Source of the DNA: Vulcanimicrobiota bacterium
GTDB lineage: Bacteria > Vulcanimicrobiota > Xenobia > Xenobiales > JADMJV01
NCBI GenBank assembly: GCA_050250895.1
Contig: JBFWNU010000004.1
Coordinates: 174,924 to 238,923 of the forward strand
DNA length: 64,000 bases
Reading direction: 5' to 3'
How positions within the stretch are numbered: position 1 is the stretch's first letter; every line of letters starts with the position of its first letter. The notes below the pieces were generated by a model. It searched no databases, was not told where the DNA came from, and saw nothing but the letters and a program-made list of their open reading frames with translations. This document shows positions 41,024 through 50,372 of the stretch, in pieces. The translations under genes and the position numbers were made by a program.

Positions 41024-43294
41024 ATGATGTTGCTCCTGGCGGTGCCCGTCTGCGGCTGGCTGGTGGTCCGCCGGCTGCTGCACGAGTCAAGCCCGCTACT
41101 GGCGCTGGCGCTGACTGGCATGCTGTCTTGTCTGACCTGGCTTTCGCTGGCCAACCTGAGCTTGGCCACCAGCCTTTCGGCTTTGCCGTTCGCCCTGGCC
41201 ATAGCCTACCTGGGGAAGAGAACCTCCTCCCCTCCTCCGCTTGAGAAGCCCGACTTCTCGTGGCCCACCACCGTCTTTTTGACCTGGGTGGGCATGATCA
41301 TTTTCGGCTATACCGCCGCCTTCCAGAATCTCTACCTCGAAGACGACTACTGGATCCACTTTCCCCTGATGGGATTGCTCAAGAGTGATGGCCTACCGGT
41401 GCTTCATCCCTTTTTTGCCGAGATCGAGATGCATGGCCACTACGGCCGCGATCTGCTGGTAGCAACCCTGGCCCGCCTCGCCCACGCTCCCATCCTGCCG
41501 ACCCTGTTCTGGTCCCAAATCCTAATGCAACTGTGCAGCCTGCTGAGTTTGATAGGGCTGACCTGGCGCAGCACCCGCAATGAACTTTCCACTTGCCTGG
41601 CCGTCCTGTTCGTCTTTGTCGGGATCAACGTGGGAGGACGGGGGGGGCTGATGGATTGCTTTCAGAACAACAACAGCTTCGCCTATGCCGTCACGCTGAC
41701 GATGTTGCACCTGGTGTTTCTGGTGTACGACCGGGCGACCACCCCCAGAATCGTGACGGCCGGCTTGTGCCTGGGCGTCTTCGCCCTCGTCTACGAAACC
41801 CACTTTGGTCTGGTCGGTCTGGTGCTGCTGGGTCTGGTGTTGGCCACCCGCCGTCGAGAATTTGCGGCCATCGGCGCCCTTGGCCTGGTGCTGGCGGCTG
41901 TGGCCGGGGGGCCCATCACCCATCTTGTGCAAGAGCGTCTGCACCCCACCCAAAGAGAATGGACGCCGGGCGAACTCAATCAGCACCAGGTCATCAAGCT
42001 CACCTTCCCCAAGAAAGAACTCTTTCAGATTCAGCTTGCCTACGGCAGCTATCAGCGAAAGTCGTGCGCCTACGCGGTGCTTCCCGCGCTGGATCGCTTC
42101 ACTACGATAGCGGCGGGCACTCCCTACCGCCCTATCTGGAGCTGGGATGTGTTGATGATCCACTGGCTCCCGACTCTGCTGGCCCCCTTGAGCCTGCTGG
42201 TGCTGGCCCGCTCACCGCCCAATCCCCTGGGTCTCGCCTTCTTGGGCTTTGGCGCAGTCGCCTTTCTTACTCCCGCCCTGGTCCATTTTGGTCCCATCTA
42301 CGAATTCGAGTATTTCCGGTGGCAATTCGCGGCAGGATTTGGCTTCGCAGCGGCCTTCGGCATGGCCGCAGGCCTGGCTCTCAAAGACGCTTCGGGCCCG
42401 CTAAAAGTGGCGGTGGTGGTGCTGCTCGTCAGCCTGGAAGTGGCCCCCAGCCTGTTGCTCTTCGTCCTTCCCCTCGGCCGCGACTTGCAAGCCCGAGGAA
42501 GCCTGGCCGATCTGGTGAGACCCCGCAGTCAAGTCGTCCAACTCGGAGCCCTTGGCCATCAACTTGGCAACTTCAACTACATCGACTACGTGGCCGCCCG
42601 AACCCTCAAAAAGATGTCCGAACCTGGTCAGAACCTCATCGTGAATGCGTCCTGTGGAAGCTCCTGGGACCTCTTCTTCGAGTCGACTCTGATCGCGCTT
42701 TCGGGCCGGCGCTCGGTGGGTCATTCGCTGCCCTGGCCCCAGGAACCGGTGGGCACTCCACCCTACCACCGAAGCCTGCCGGCCCATGCCTTCTGGGTCG
42801 CCCCCAGCGAAACCTTGCTGGGGCAGCTTCAGGTCGATTTCGTCTATCTGCGGCCGGGAGCCGACCAGCAGTTCGAACTGCGCCGCTGGTTCGATTCCCA
42901 TTGCGACCTGGCATGGGCTTACGGCGACTACCGGATCTGGCGCACCGGCGTGCCCCACCAGCCCCTGCGGGGAGTGGCCGCCACCAAAAGCCAGGTAAAG
43001 CCACCGAAACTGCGAGGCATCCCTGAGCAACTGCCCACCGCCGACCCGTTCGAGTTCTCGCTCGAGTCCACCGGCCAAACCTGGGCCTGGGCCATCGTCC
43101 CGGCCGAGGCCGGGCCCGAGGCCGTCGATCTCCACGAAGTGGTGTCCTGGGTCGAAGGCCCTTGCCTGGGGGTCACGCCACCCGTGGCCGGAGCCTTCGA
43201 ACTGCGTTTGTTCGAGGTCAAGAACGGCCTGCTGTACCCCACCGACGAGGCCGTGCGTCTCGAAGTCCGCGAGCGGATCCCCCCCGGCCCTTAA
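41024..43294 (+). CDS. Polytopic membrane protein, GT-C-like glycosyltransferase (paralog B)
   Basis: LEDDYWIHFP...GLPVLHPFF...GHYGRDL loop with acidic pair; FGPIYEFEYFRW; C-terminal ALSGRRSVG...LQVDFVYL domain. Confidence 0.65.
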   Translation: MMLLLAVPVCGWLVVRRLLHESSPLLALALTGMLSCLTWLSLANLSLATSLSALPFALAIAYLGKRTSSPPPLEKPDFSWPTTVFLTWVGMIIFGYTAAFQNLYLEDDYWIHFPLMGLLKSDGLPVLHPFFAEIEMHGHYGRDLLVATLARLAHAPILPTLFWSQILMQLCSLLSLIGLTWRSTRNELSTCLAVLFVFVGINVGGRGGLMDCFQNNNSFAYAVTLTMLHLVFLVYDRATTPRIVTAGLCLGVFALVYETHFGLVGLVLLGLVLATRRREFAAIGALGLVLAAVAGGPITHLVQERLHPTQREWTPGELNQHQVIKLTFPKKELFQIQLAYGSYQRKSCAYAVLPALDRFTTIAAGTPYRPIWSWDVLMIHWLPTLLAPLSLLVLARSPPNPLGLAFLGFGAVAFLTPALVHFGPIYEFEYFRWQFAAGFGFAAAFGMAAGLALKDASGPLKVAVVVLLVSLEVAPSLLLFVLPLGRDLQARGSLADLVRPRSQVVQLGALGHQLGNFNYIDYVAARTLKKMSEPGQNLIVNASCGSSWDLFFESTLIALSGRRSVGHSLPWPQEPVGTPPYHRSLPAHAFWVAPSETLLGQLQVDFVYLRPGADQQFELRRWFDSHCDLAWAYGDYRIWRTGVPHQPLRGVAATKSQVKPPKLRGIPEQLPTADPFEFSLESTGQTWAWAIVPAEAGPEAVDLHEVVSWVEGPCLGVTPPVAGAFELRLFEVKNGLLYPTDEAVRLEVRERIPPGP

Positions 43295-44124
43295 GGCCCG
43301 ATGGCGCGCATCCAGTTGGTGAACTCCAGGCAACGAATCCGGTCATCGAGAATATCCTCGTCCAGCGAGAGCAAGAAGCGCAGATCCTTGCGATGCGGCT
43401 CGAGCCCCAGGGCCTCCATGGCGCGGGCGAACACTTCGAGCGAGGGAACATCCGGAAAGAAGCCCTCGCTGATCAGCGCCTGCTGACGGGCCAGGATGAG
43501 TCGACCCATATCCACCAACGAGAACTCGGGATGGTACTGGGTGGCCCAGAAGTCCCCCTTGAGGTAGCGCACCGTCATGGCCTGGATGGCCGTGAAGTCG
43601 TTGCCTCCCAGTACCTGCGAGCCCTCGGGCGGGTCGATGACCTCGTCGAGATGCGAGATGAAGGCGTCAAAAACGGCCGGCTTACCCGCGAACATGGGGT
43701 GGGACAGCCCGGCCTCGTGGAGGCGAATCTTGCGAGCCACCGACACTTCGCGACCCCTGGGATTGGCCTGCACCCGGCCCCCGGCGGCCACGGCCGCAAT
43801 CTGGATGGCCCAGCAACTGCCGTACTGGGGCACTCCGGCCGCAAAGGCGCGCCGGGAGAGTTCGACCTGACGGTCGACCCGCTCGTCGGCAGGAGTGTGG
43901 ATGCACAGGCTGCAGCCAGTCCACATGACCCCGGCGAACTGACCTAGCTCGTCCTGGCTGGGCAGGTCGGGTTGGTCGCTCGGATAGAGCACCTCGTGGC
44001 CGTGGCCCCCGTTGTGGCGCTCGAGCATGTCGGCGAACATCTTCCAGGCCGGCCGCACCCCCACCGACACCAGCTGTTCTCTTCCCTCGGCCGGATAGCC
44101 GTCAACGATCAGGAATTTTCCCAT
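43291..44124 (-). CDS. Type 1 glutamine amidotransferase (GMP synthase-like)
   Basis: GVMWTG, nucleophile elbow GSCWAIQ, HLDEV, ATQYHPE. Start ATG 44124 preferred. Confidence 0.88.
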   Translation of the reverse strand: MGKFLIVDGYPAEGREQLVSVGVRPAWKMFADMLERHNGGHGHEVLYPSDQPDLPSQDELGQFAGVMWTGCSLCIHTPADERVDRQVELSRRAFAAGVPQYGSCWAIQIAAVAAGGRVQANPRGREVSVARKIRLHEAGLSHPMFAGKPAVFDAFISHLDEVIDPPEGSQVLGGNDFTAIQAMTVRYLKGDFWATQYHPEFSLVDMGRLILARQQALISEGFFPDVPSLEVFARAMEALGLEPHRKDLRFLLSLDEDILDDRIRCLEFTNWMRAIGP

Positions 44125-44135
44125 GGCGGCGGGGC

Positions 44136-44199
44136 GTTCTTCTCGCCGGGCCCGCCAACCTGCCGGCTCACGCAGGAGAAACGCCCATTTCGAGGGAAC
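44136..44199. promoter_or_regulatory. Back-to-back sigmaH-like promoter motifs
   Basis: Minus strand AGGT-N18-GAAC (44161-44136) toward the GATase; plus strand AGGA-N18-GAAC (44174-44199) toward the peroxidase. Confidence 0.5.
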
Positions 44200-44223
44200 T
44201 GGGCGCCTCAAGCAGGGGGAGCC

Positions 44224-45852
44224 GTGAAGCTACGTTCAACCATCATCGGATTATCTGTGCTGGCCGTTTTGGTCTCGGGCTGCGATAGCCAGCGCGGCGA
44301 CTTTGTCGTGAGCAACACCTCGCCAGGACCGTTCGAGGTCCGCCGGCTGGATGGTAGCCAGAACAACCTTTTCAATCCCCAACTGGGCACAGCCGGCAGC
44401 CGCCTGCTACGTGAAGTGCCGATAGCCTACGACGACATGATGGCCAGCCCTTCGGGGGTCAATCGCCCGGCCCCCCGCAACATCTCCAACACCTGCGTCT
44501 CGCAGGCCGCCGACATGCCCGACCCGACCGGTCACTCGGCCTACGTATGGGCCTGGGGCCAGTTCATCGACCACGATCTGGATCTGACGGGCACGGGCAG
44601 CGAGGCCTTCGACATTCCCATCCCCGCCGGCGACCCGTTTTTCGACCCCTTCAACCTGGGCAACCTGGTGATGCCGTTCGCGCGCTCGGTGTTCGATCCT
44701 GACACGGGCACCGACCCATCCAACCCGCGCCAACAGATCAATCAGATTACGGCCTTTCTCGACGGCTCGGGGATCTACGGTTCGGATGTCGACCGGGCCG
44801 CCGCCCTGCGCACCTTTGAAGGCGGCATGCTCAAGACCAGTGCCGGGGACCTGTTGCCCTTCAACCTCGACGGCCTGCCCAACGACGACCCTACCGGCCA
44901 ACCCCCTACCAGCCTGTTTCTGGCTGGCGACCGTCGGGCCAACGAACAGATTGCCTTGACCAGCCTGCACACCCTGTTCGTGCGTGAGCATAACCGCCAG
45001 GCCCGGCTGCTGGGCCAGGCTTTAGTCGGCCTCAGCGACGAGCAGATCTACCAGCTGGCTCGCAAGCGCGTGGGAGCGCTGGTGCAGGTCGTCACCTATC
45101 AGGAGTTTCTGCCAGCGATTCTGGGTCCCGGGGCTTTACCGCCGTATACCGGCTACAACCCCAATATCGATCCCGGTATCGACATTCTCTTTTCCACCGC
45201 CGCGTTTCGCTTTGGGCACAGCCTGGTGGGTCCCACCCTGCTGCGCCTGGATGCCAGCGGCCAGCCCATCGCGGCCGGCAATCTGGCCATTCGGGATGCG
45301 TTCTTCCAACCCACCCGGCTGGTGACCGAGGGCGGCATCGACCCGGTGCTGCGAGGGCTGGCAGCTACCCCCATGCAGCAGCTGGATCCCAACATCATCG
45401 ATGACCTGCGCAGCTTTCTCTTCGGCCCTCCCGGCTCAGGCGGACTCGACCTGGCCTGCCTCAACATCCAGCGTGGCCGCGACCATGGCCTGCCCGACTT
45501 CAACACTGTTCGGGTCGCCTGTGGCTTGGCGCCCCTGGCCAGCTTCGCTCAGCTTACTGGCGATCAGGCCCGAGCTCAGGGGCTGGCCACTCTCTACGGC
45601 AGTCCCGACAATCTCGACCCGTGGGTTGGCTTTCTGGCCGAAGATCCGGCCCCCGGCGGCCTGGTCGGTCCCACCCTGAGAGTGGTGCTGATCAAGCAGT
45701 TTACCCGACTACGTGACGGAGACCGCTTCTTCTACGCCAACGACCCCAGCCTGGCCGCTTTCCGGGGGGAACTAGAAGCCACCACCCTGGCCGACATCAT
45801 CGCTCGCAATACCGAGGCCACCATCCAGGGTGACGCATTCAAGACTCCCTAG
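44224..45852 (+). CDS. Animal-type heme peroxidase (peroxidase-cyclooxygenase superfamily), lipoprotein
   Basis: Lipobox VSGC after GTG 44224; R.LDGS.NN, WGQFIDHDL (distal His, Asp), GDRRANEQ (distal Arg, Glu), FRFGHS (proximal His), NIQRGRDHGLP, RLRDGDRFFY. Confidence 0.93.
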   Translation: MKLRSTIIGLSVLAVLVSGCDSQRGDFVVSNTSPGPFEVRRLDGSQNNLFNPQLGTAGSRLLREVPIAYDDMMASPSGVNRPAPRNISNTCVSQAADMPDPTGHSAYVWAWGQFIDHDLDLTGTGSEAFDIPIPAGDPFFDPFNLGNLVMPFARSVFDPDTGTDPSNPRQQINQITAFLDGSGIYGSDVDRAAALRTFEGGMLKTSAGDLLPFNLDGLPNDDPTGQPPTSLFLAGDRRANEQIALTSLHTLFVREHNRQARLLGQALVGLSDEQIYQLARKRVGALVQVVTYQEFLPAILGPGALPPYTGYNPNIDPGIDILFSTAAFRFGHSLVGPTLLRLDASGQPIAAGNLAIRDAFFQPTRLVTEGGIDPVLRGLAATPMQQLDPNIIDDLRSFLFGPPGSGGLDLACLNIQRGRDHGLPDFNTVRVACGLAPLASFAQLTGDQARAQGLATLYGSPDNLDPWVGFLAEDPAPGGLVGPTLRVVLIKQFTRLRDGDRFFYANDPSLAAFRGELEATTLADIIARNTEATIQGDAFKTP

Positions 45853-45875
45853 CCATAGCTAGACTGGGGGTCGCT

Positions 45876-46694
45876 GTGCTACTGGCGACCTTGCTCGGCT
45901 GCTCGAACCCTGGCTACGAAGTCAAAGACGGAAGTGTCATCTATCGACAGCGGCAGAATGACGGCCAATTGCTGAGCCTTCCTATGCAGGCCGACTCGGC
46001 CACTTTTGAAATCCTCGACGCCCACTATGGTCGTGACAAATTCTCGGCCTTCTACCAGGCTGAACCACTTGACGGCAGCCTGCCCGACAGCTTTGTGGTG
46101 CTGACTTCGCCTTACTCGAAAGACGCTCAGAACGTGTATTACAAAGCAGAGAGGATCAGCCGCGACGCCCCTCGCTTTCAAATCCTGCAGGACGAATTCG
46201 CCAAAGACAGCCAGACCGTCTATTTTCGCTCCAGCCCCATCGAGGCCGACCCCGAGACCTTTCGCGTCTTACGTCCGGGCAGCGGTTATGCCACCGACGA
46301 CACCAATGTCTTCTGGGCCCGCCTCAAGCTCGAGCGCTCGAGTCCGGCCAGTTTCGAACTGCTCAACCGCTACTACGCCCGCGACGAGCAGCAGGCCTGG
46401 TACCGGGGAAAGCCCCTACCCGAAGCAGACCCGGCCAATCTGGTCCTGATCGAAGACCACTATGCCAAGGACGGTCACAACGTGTATTACCACGACCAAC
46501 CGGTGGCCGGTGCTCTGGCCGAGAGCTTCGAGCCGCTCGCGGGCGGATACTTTCGCGATCAGGCCGCCGTCTATTTCGAAGGCCAGGTCATCCCAGGCGC
46601 GGACCGAGCGAGCTTCGAGGTCGATAGTGCACGCCCACACCGAGCCCGCGACAAAAATCGCACCTACGACAAAGGCAAGCCCAGCTCTTCCTAG
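45876..46694 (+). CDS. DKNYY-repeat family lipoprotein
   Basis: LLGC lipobox; repeats of AD..TF.IL...Y.KD...VYY. The true start may be a few codons upstream. Confidence 0.85.
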   Translation: MLLATLLGCSNPGYEVKDGSVIYRQRQNDGQLLSLPMQADSATFEILDAHYGRDKFSAFYQAEPLDGSLPDSFVVLTSPYSKDAQNVYYKAERISRDAPRFQILQDEFAKDSQTVYFRSSPIEADPETFRVLRPGSGYATDDTNVFWARLKLERSSPASFELLNRYYARDEQQAWYRGKPLPEADPANLVLIEDHYAKDGHNVYYHDQPVAGALAESFEPLAGGYFRDQAAVYFEGQVIPGADRASFEVDSARPHRARDKNRTYDKGKPSSS

Positions 46695-46705
46695 AATTAG
46701 GCTGT

Positions 46706-46972
46706 ATGGGATTCGAGCTCGAAGGCAGCAAATTTCAGCTCAAAGATGTGCTGCTGCGCCCCGGCTGCATCGTCACCGTCCTGGGTTTTATCATCCTGGC
46801 CGTGGCCGTCGTGATCTATTCGCATCGCACCGGCAACGTCGACTACATGAACCACCCAGAGCAGATCGCCCGCCCCGGGGCCAATATCAAAATCATGGTC
46901 TGGATGGTGGGTGGCATCGTGGCTATGATCGTGGGGGCCCTGCTCTCGTTTTTGGATTTCACGCGCCGCTAG
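46706..46972 (+). CDS. Small two-TM membrane protein
   Basis: Two hydrophobic helices; codon usage typical of the window. Confidence 0.65.
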   Translation: MGFELEGSKFQLKDVLLRPGCIVTVLGFIILAVAVVIYSHRTGNVDYMNHPEQIARPGANIKIMVWMVGGIVAMIVGALLSFLDFTRR

Positions 46973-46992
46973 TCGGTTTTGGAGGGGGAAAC

Positions 46993-47748
46993 GTGCGTCT
47001 GTTGATGGTTCTACTCACTTGCCTGTGGCTAAGTGCTTGCGGCACGCCGCCGACTCCCGAGGCCAGCCCTACCCCTGACCCGTCGATGGCGACCCCCACT
47101 CCCGAAGTTAGCGCGTCTCCCGAGGAGACACCTTCCTCCGAGGCCAGTCTGCCCGAAGACATCGGCGAACTCGAGCCGGCCCTGAAACGTGTCTACAAGG
47201 ACCACGCTTACTGTGTGACCACACGCGACGTGGACGGCATGCTGAACTTCTATACCTTTCCCTTTGACGACGACGGAGAGCCGCAGACCAGAGACCAGGT
47301 CAAGGCGGACTTGCAAGAACTGGTGGACGACATGAACGAACTGGAGCGCAAAGCCGAATCGACTCTGCGATTTAGCTTTCGTGACGAAATCCGGGGGCTG
47401 GCCCGAGAGGGCGACCATAAGGTGGCCGTTAAAGGGCGATTCACGCTGGTGGCGCGCAACCCCGCCACCGGAGTCCGTTACGAACGGGTTCAAGAAGGCA
47501 TCGATATCTGGACCAACCGGGACGGCAAGTGGAAAATGTGCGGCTCGAAAGAGTATGTGGAACTCTCGGCCGGCATCGTCGAGGGTAAACCCGAGGTCAA
47601 AGTGGCGCCGCGGCAGCCCAGTCAGCCAGTGTCGCGCCCGGGCCTGGGCAACAACCACTCCTATGACCCCAATCGCTATCAGCAGATGCAGCAGGAGCGG
47701 ATCCGGCAGCTCAATCAGTATCCCGCCCAACACGGCTTCGGCCGATAA
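46993..47748 (+). CDS. Lipoprotein with NTF2-like domain
   Basis: GGAGG RBS before GTG 46993; lipobox LSAC; Pro/Thr linker; RDVDGMLNFY...DIWTNRDGKWKM. Confidence 0.7.
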   Translation: MRLLMVLLTCLWLSACGTPPTPEASPTPDPSMATPTPEVSASPEETPSSEASLPEDIGELEPALKRVYKDHAYCVTTRDVDGMLNFYTFPFDDDGEPQTRDQVKADLQELVDDMNELERKAESTLRFSFRDEIRGLAREGDHKVAVKGRFTLVARNPATGVRYERVQEGIDIWTNRDGKWKMCGSKEYVELSAGIVEGKPEVKVAPRQPSQPVSRPGLGNNHSYDPNRYQQMQQERIRQLNQYPAQHGFGR

Positions 47749-47775
47749 AAAAAAACAGCGCCCCGAAAGGCGCCG
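47747..47775 (-). terminator. Rho-independent terminator on the minus strand
   Basis: CGGCGCC-tttcgg-GGCGCTG followed by T9. Confidence 0.8.
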
Positions 47776-47828
47776 CACACACACAGGACCAGTTATTGGA
47801 TGGGGCGTTGATGCCCGCTCCGTAGCGT
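47747..47828 (-). ncRNA. Candidate small regulatory RNA (about 82 nt)
   Basis: Minus-strand TATGAT (47840-47835), then two hairpins, a GU-rich single strand and a terminator with U9, between two plus-strand genes. Confidence 0.55.
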
Positions 47829-47939
47829 AGGTTGATCATAGACCCCACACCTGGAGACGCACTTGGAACTCGTCCGTCAAAGATTGACTTCGTGTAAACT
47901 TTGTTAACCGGGCAAGTTTACAGCCGGCCTGCTAGGGAA

Positions 47940-50372
47940 ATGTCCAGACTTCCAGAAGCACCCCAGGTGTCTGCAGCCCGAATTCTTGTTTTAGAAGATG
48001 ACCCCGAAATGCGCGCCATTCTGGCCCAGGTTCTCGAAGACCAGGGCTACGAAGTCACCGCCGTCGACCGCGGGGAAGCAGCCGTAAAAAGCGCCAGGGA
48101 TGCCACCTTCGACCTGATCGTCGCCGATATCCGAATGGACGGAATGAGTGGGCTCGAGGCCGTAGCTCAAACCAAAGCCCACCAGCCCGAGATCGGGACC
48201 ATCATCGTGTCGGGGTATGCCACTCCTGAAGAGACTTCGCGAGCCCGCCAACTCGAGGTCGGGGGCTTTCTCAAGAAGCCTTTCCGCATGAAAGAGTTCC
48301 TGGCCCTGGTGCGCACCGAACTCGCCGATCGTCACCGGGCCGAGCAAAGCCAGGTTCGCGGCCTGTCGATTCGTGAAGCCCTGCTGTGGGCGCTGGGGGC
48401 CTTGCGGGTGGTGGCCGAGACCTCCCCTCCTCCATTTCCCCCCGGTCACCTGTTGCGGGCTGAAAACCTGGCCGCCGCCCTGTGCCAGTCACTCGAATTG
48501 GCGCCCGAGGTGACCGCCGAGGTCAAGGCAGCCAGCCTGCTGGCCCTGCTCGAAGAGATCAATCCCCTACCCGAAGGATTCGGCTCAGACGTCAGCTTTC
48601 TGCCGGCCCTGAAGACAGCCCTGTCCCACTATCACGACCGCTGGGACGAGGATCCCAAACCTCCGACCGAGGCTCGCATCGTGGCCCTGGTGGTGGCTGC
48701 CTGTGAAGAGCCGCGAGCCGACAGCGACCCCCTGCCCACCTCGGGCGAACTGGGCCAGCGCGACCCAGGCTATCTTGACCCGAGCTTGCTCAAAGTCTAT
48801 CACGAACTGGCCCACACCGACCTCGAGCAGACGGTCAAAGTGGCCAGCAGTTCCGAATCGCCGGCCCGCAACTTGCTCTCGCTGGCCCGCACCCTCGAGC
48901 GGGTGGGCGACGGCAACGGAGCGATCAAAGCTTTCACCGAGGCCTCAGCCCTGGCGCCCAACCGGCGCGAGTCGGTCGAGGCTTTGCTGGGCAAGGCTAG
49001 GCTCACCCCTCCCGACGAGTCAGCCAGGTCGGCCCTGGCAGCCGCCGAGACCGCCCGCCGTCTGGGTCCGGTCATTGCCGCTACCACGGCTCTCGAGAGT
49101 GGCCTGGTGCTCTATCGCCACCGCGACCCCCGGGCGCGCGAGGTGTTGCTCGAGGCCGTCACCGGGCTCGAGCGGCTGGGCTTTCAGGGCCATGTGGCCC
49201 GGGCCGCCATTCCACTGGTGCGGCTGGGGCAACCCTTGCCGGCGGCCCGCTGGCCACGGGTGCTCGACGCCATGCTCGATCCGCGCTACGCCGAAGAGAC
49301 GACCCGCTCGGCCCGCTGGTTGTTGCCCGAGACCATCGAAGCCCTGGCCCACGGACCGGGTGCTGACCTGAGCAACTATCTACCGCGGCTGGTGAACCAA
49401 TTTTCCGGCTCGATCAGCTCCGCCCTCGAAGCCGGCCAACTCTCGGAAGAGGCCCGGCTCTTCCTGGTCACCTCGCTCTCTAAATCCCAGGGCTTTCTGG
49501 CTCAAGAGATCGTCGAGTCGCTGCGCAAGGACACCGATCCCGAAATTCGCAAACAGGCCGACGGCCTGGCTCAGCGGGTGGGCCGCCGCGGGGGCCCCGA
49601 ATTGGTCCGCGTGCGAGCATTCGGCCTGCTCGAGGTGCAGCGCGGGCAAGAGCCCATCCCCAACAAGCTGTGGAAGACTCAAAAGACCAAGTATTTCTTC
49701 GCCTTCCTGGCCTCGGAGTGGGGGCGCTATTTCCATGAGGATCACATCATGGACCACTTCTGGCCCGACGACCGAGAAAAAGGCAAGAAGAACATCTATT
49801 GGGCGACTTCGGTCACTCGTCGTTGCCTGCGCGTCAACGACGACGAGCCAGAACTGCTTGAACGCCAGGGCGAGTCGTTGCGACTCAACCCCACCGTGCC
49901 CCGCTGGGTCGACACGGAAGAGTTCGACAAAGCGGCCCAGGCCGGAGCCACGGCCGAGGCGGCCGGCCAGGCCGAGACGGCCCGCTCCCACTATCGCCGT
50001 ATGGCCCAACTCTATCTCGGCCCCTATCTCGAAGGCTGCTATCTCGACTGGGCACTGCGTCGGCGCGACTCGCTCGAGAAGGCGCTGGTCGACGCCATGT
50101 GTCGTCTGTCGGCCCTGGCCGGGGCCGCGGGCGATCATCGCGAAGCGCTAGAGAGCGCCAACCGGGCCCTCGAGCACGACACCTGCCGTCAGGAGGCTCA
50201 CCTGCTGGCGATGCAAAGCTACATCGGGCTGGGTCAACCCGAGTCGGCCATCGAGCAATACCAGCATTGCGAGGCGTTGCTGCGCAAAGACTATCACATC
50301 GAGCCCAACACCGAGTTGATCGAATGCTATTATCGAGCGCGACTCGGTCTACCCGGAGCCAGCACGATCTGA
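47940..50372 (+). CDS. Response regulator with degenerate HD-like region, helical repeats and C-terminal winged-helix/BTAD (SARP-type) domain
   Basis: ILVLEDD, ADIRMDGMSG, SGYAT, KKPF receiver; VRAFGLLEV...W.T.K; WVDTEEF, LYLGPYLEG...DW, EAH...MQ.Y..LG...A..QY BTAD. Confidence 0.85.
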   Translation: MSRLPEAPQVSAARILVLEDDPEMRAILAQVLEDQGYEVTAVDRGEAAVKSARDATFDLIVADIRMDGMSGLEAVAQTKAHQPEIGTIIVSGYATPEETSRARQLEVGGFLKKPFRMKEFLALVRTELADRHRAEQSQVRGLSIREALLWALGALRVVAETSPPPFPPGHLLRAENLAAALCQSLELAPEVTAEVKAASLLALLEEINPLPEGFGSDVSFLPALKTALSHYHDRWDEDPKPPTEARIVALVVAACEEPRADSDPLPTSGELGQRDPGYLDPSLLKVYHELAHTDLEQTVKVASSSESPARNLLSLARTLERVGDGNGAIKAFTEASALAPNRRESVEALLGKARLTPPDESARSALAAAETARRLGPVIAATTALESGLVLYRHRDPRAREVLLEAVTGLERLGFQGHVARAAIPLVRLGQPLPAARWPRVLDAMLDPRYAEETTRSARWLLPETIEALAHGPGADLSNYLPRLVNQFSGSISSALEAGQLSEEARLFLVTSLSKSQGFLAQEIVESLRKDTDPEIRKQADGLAQRVGRRGGPELVRVRAFGLLEVQRGQEPIPNKLWKTQKTKYFFAFLASEWGRYFHEDHIMDHFWPDDREKGKKNIYWATSVTRRCLRVNDDEPELLERQGESLRLNPTVPRWVDTEEFDKAAQAGATAEAAGQAETARSHYRRMAQLYLGPYLEGCYLDWALRRRDSLEKALVDAMCRLSALAGAAGDHREALESANRALEHDTCRQEAHLLAMQSYIGLGQPESAIEQYQHCEALLRKDYHIEPNTELIECYYRARLGLPGASTI

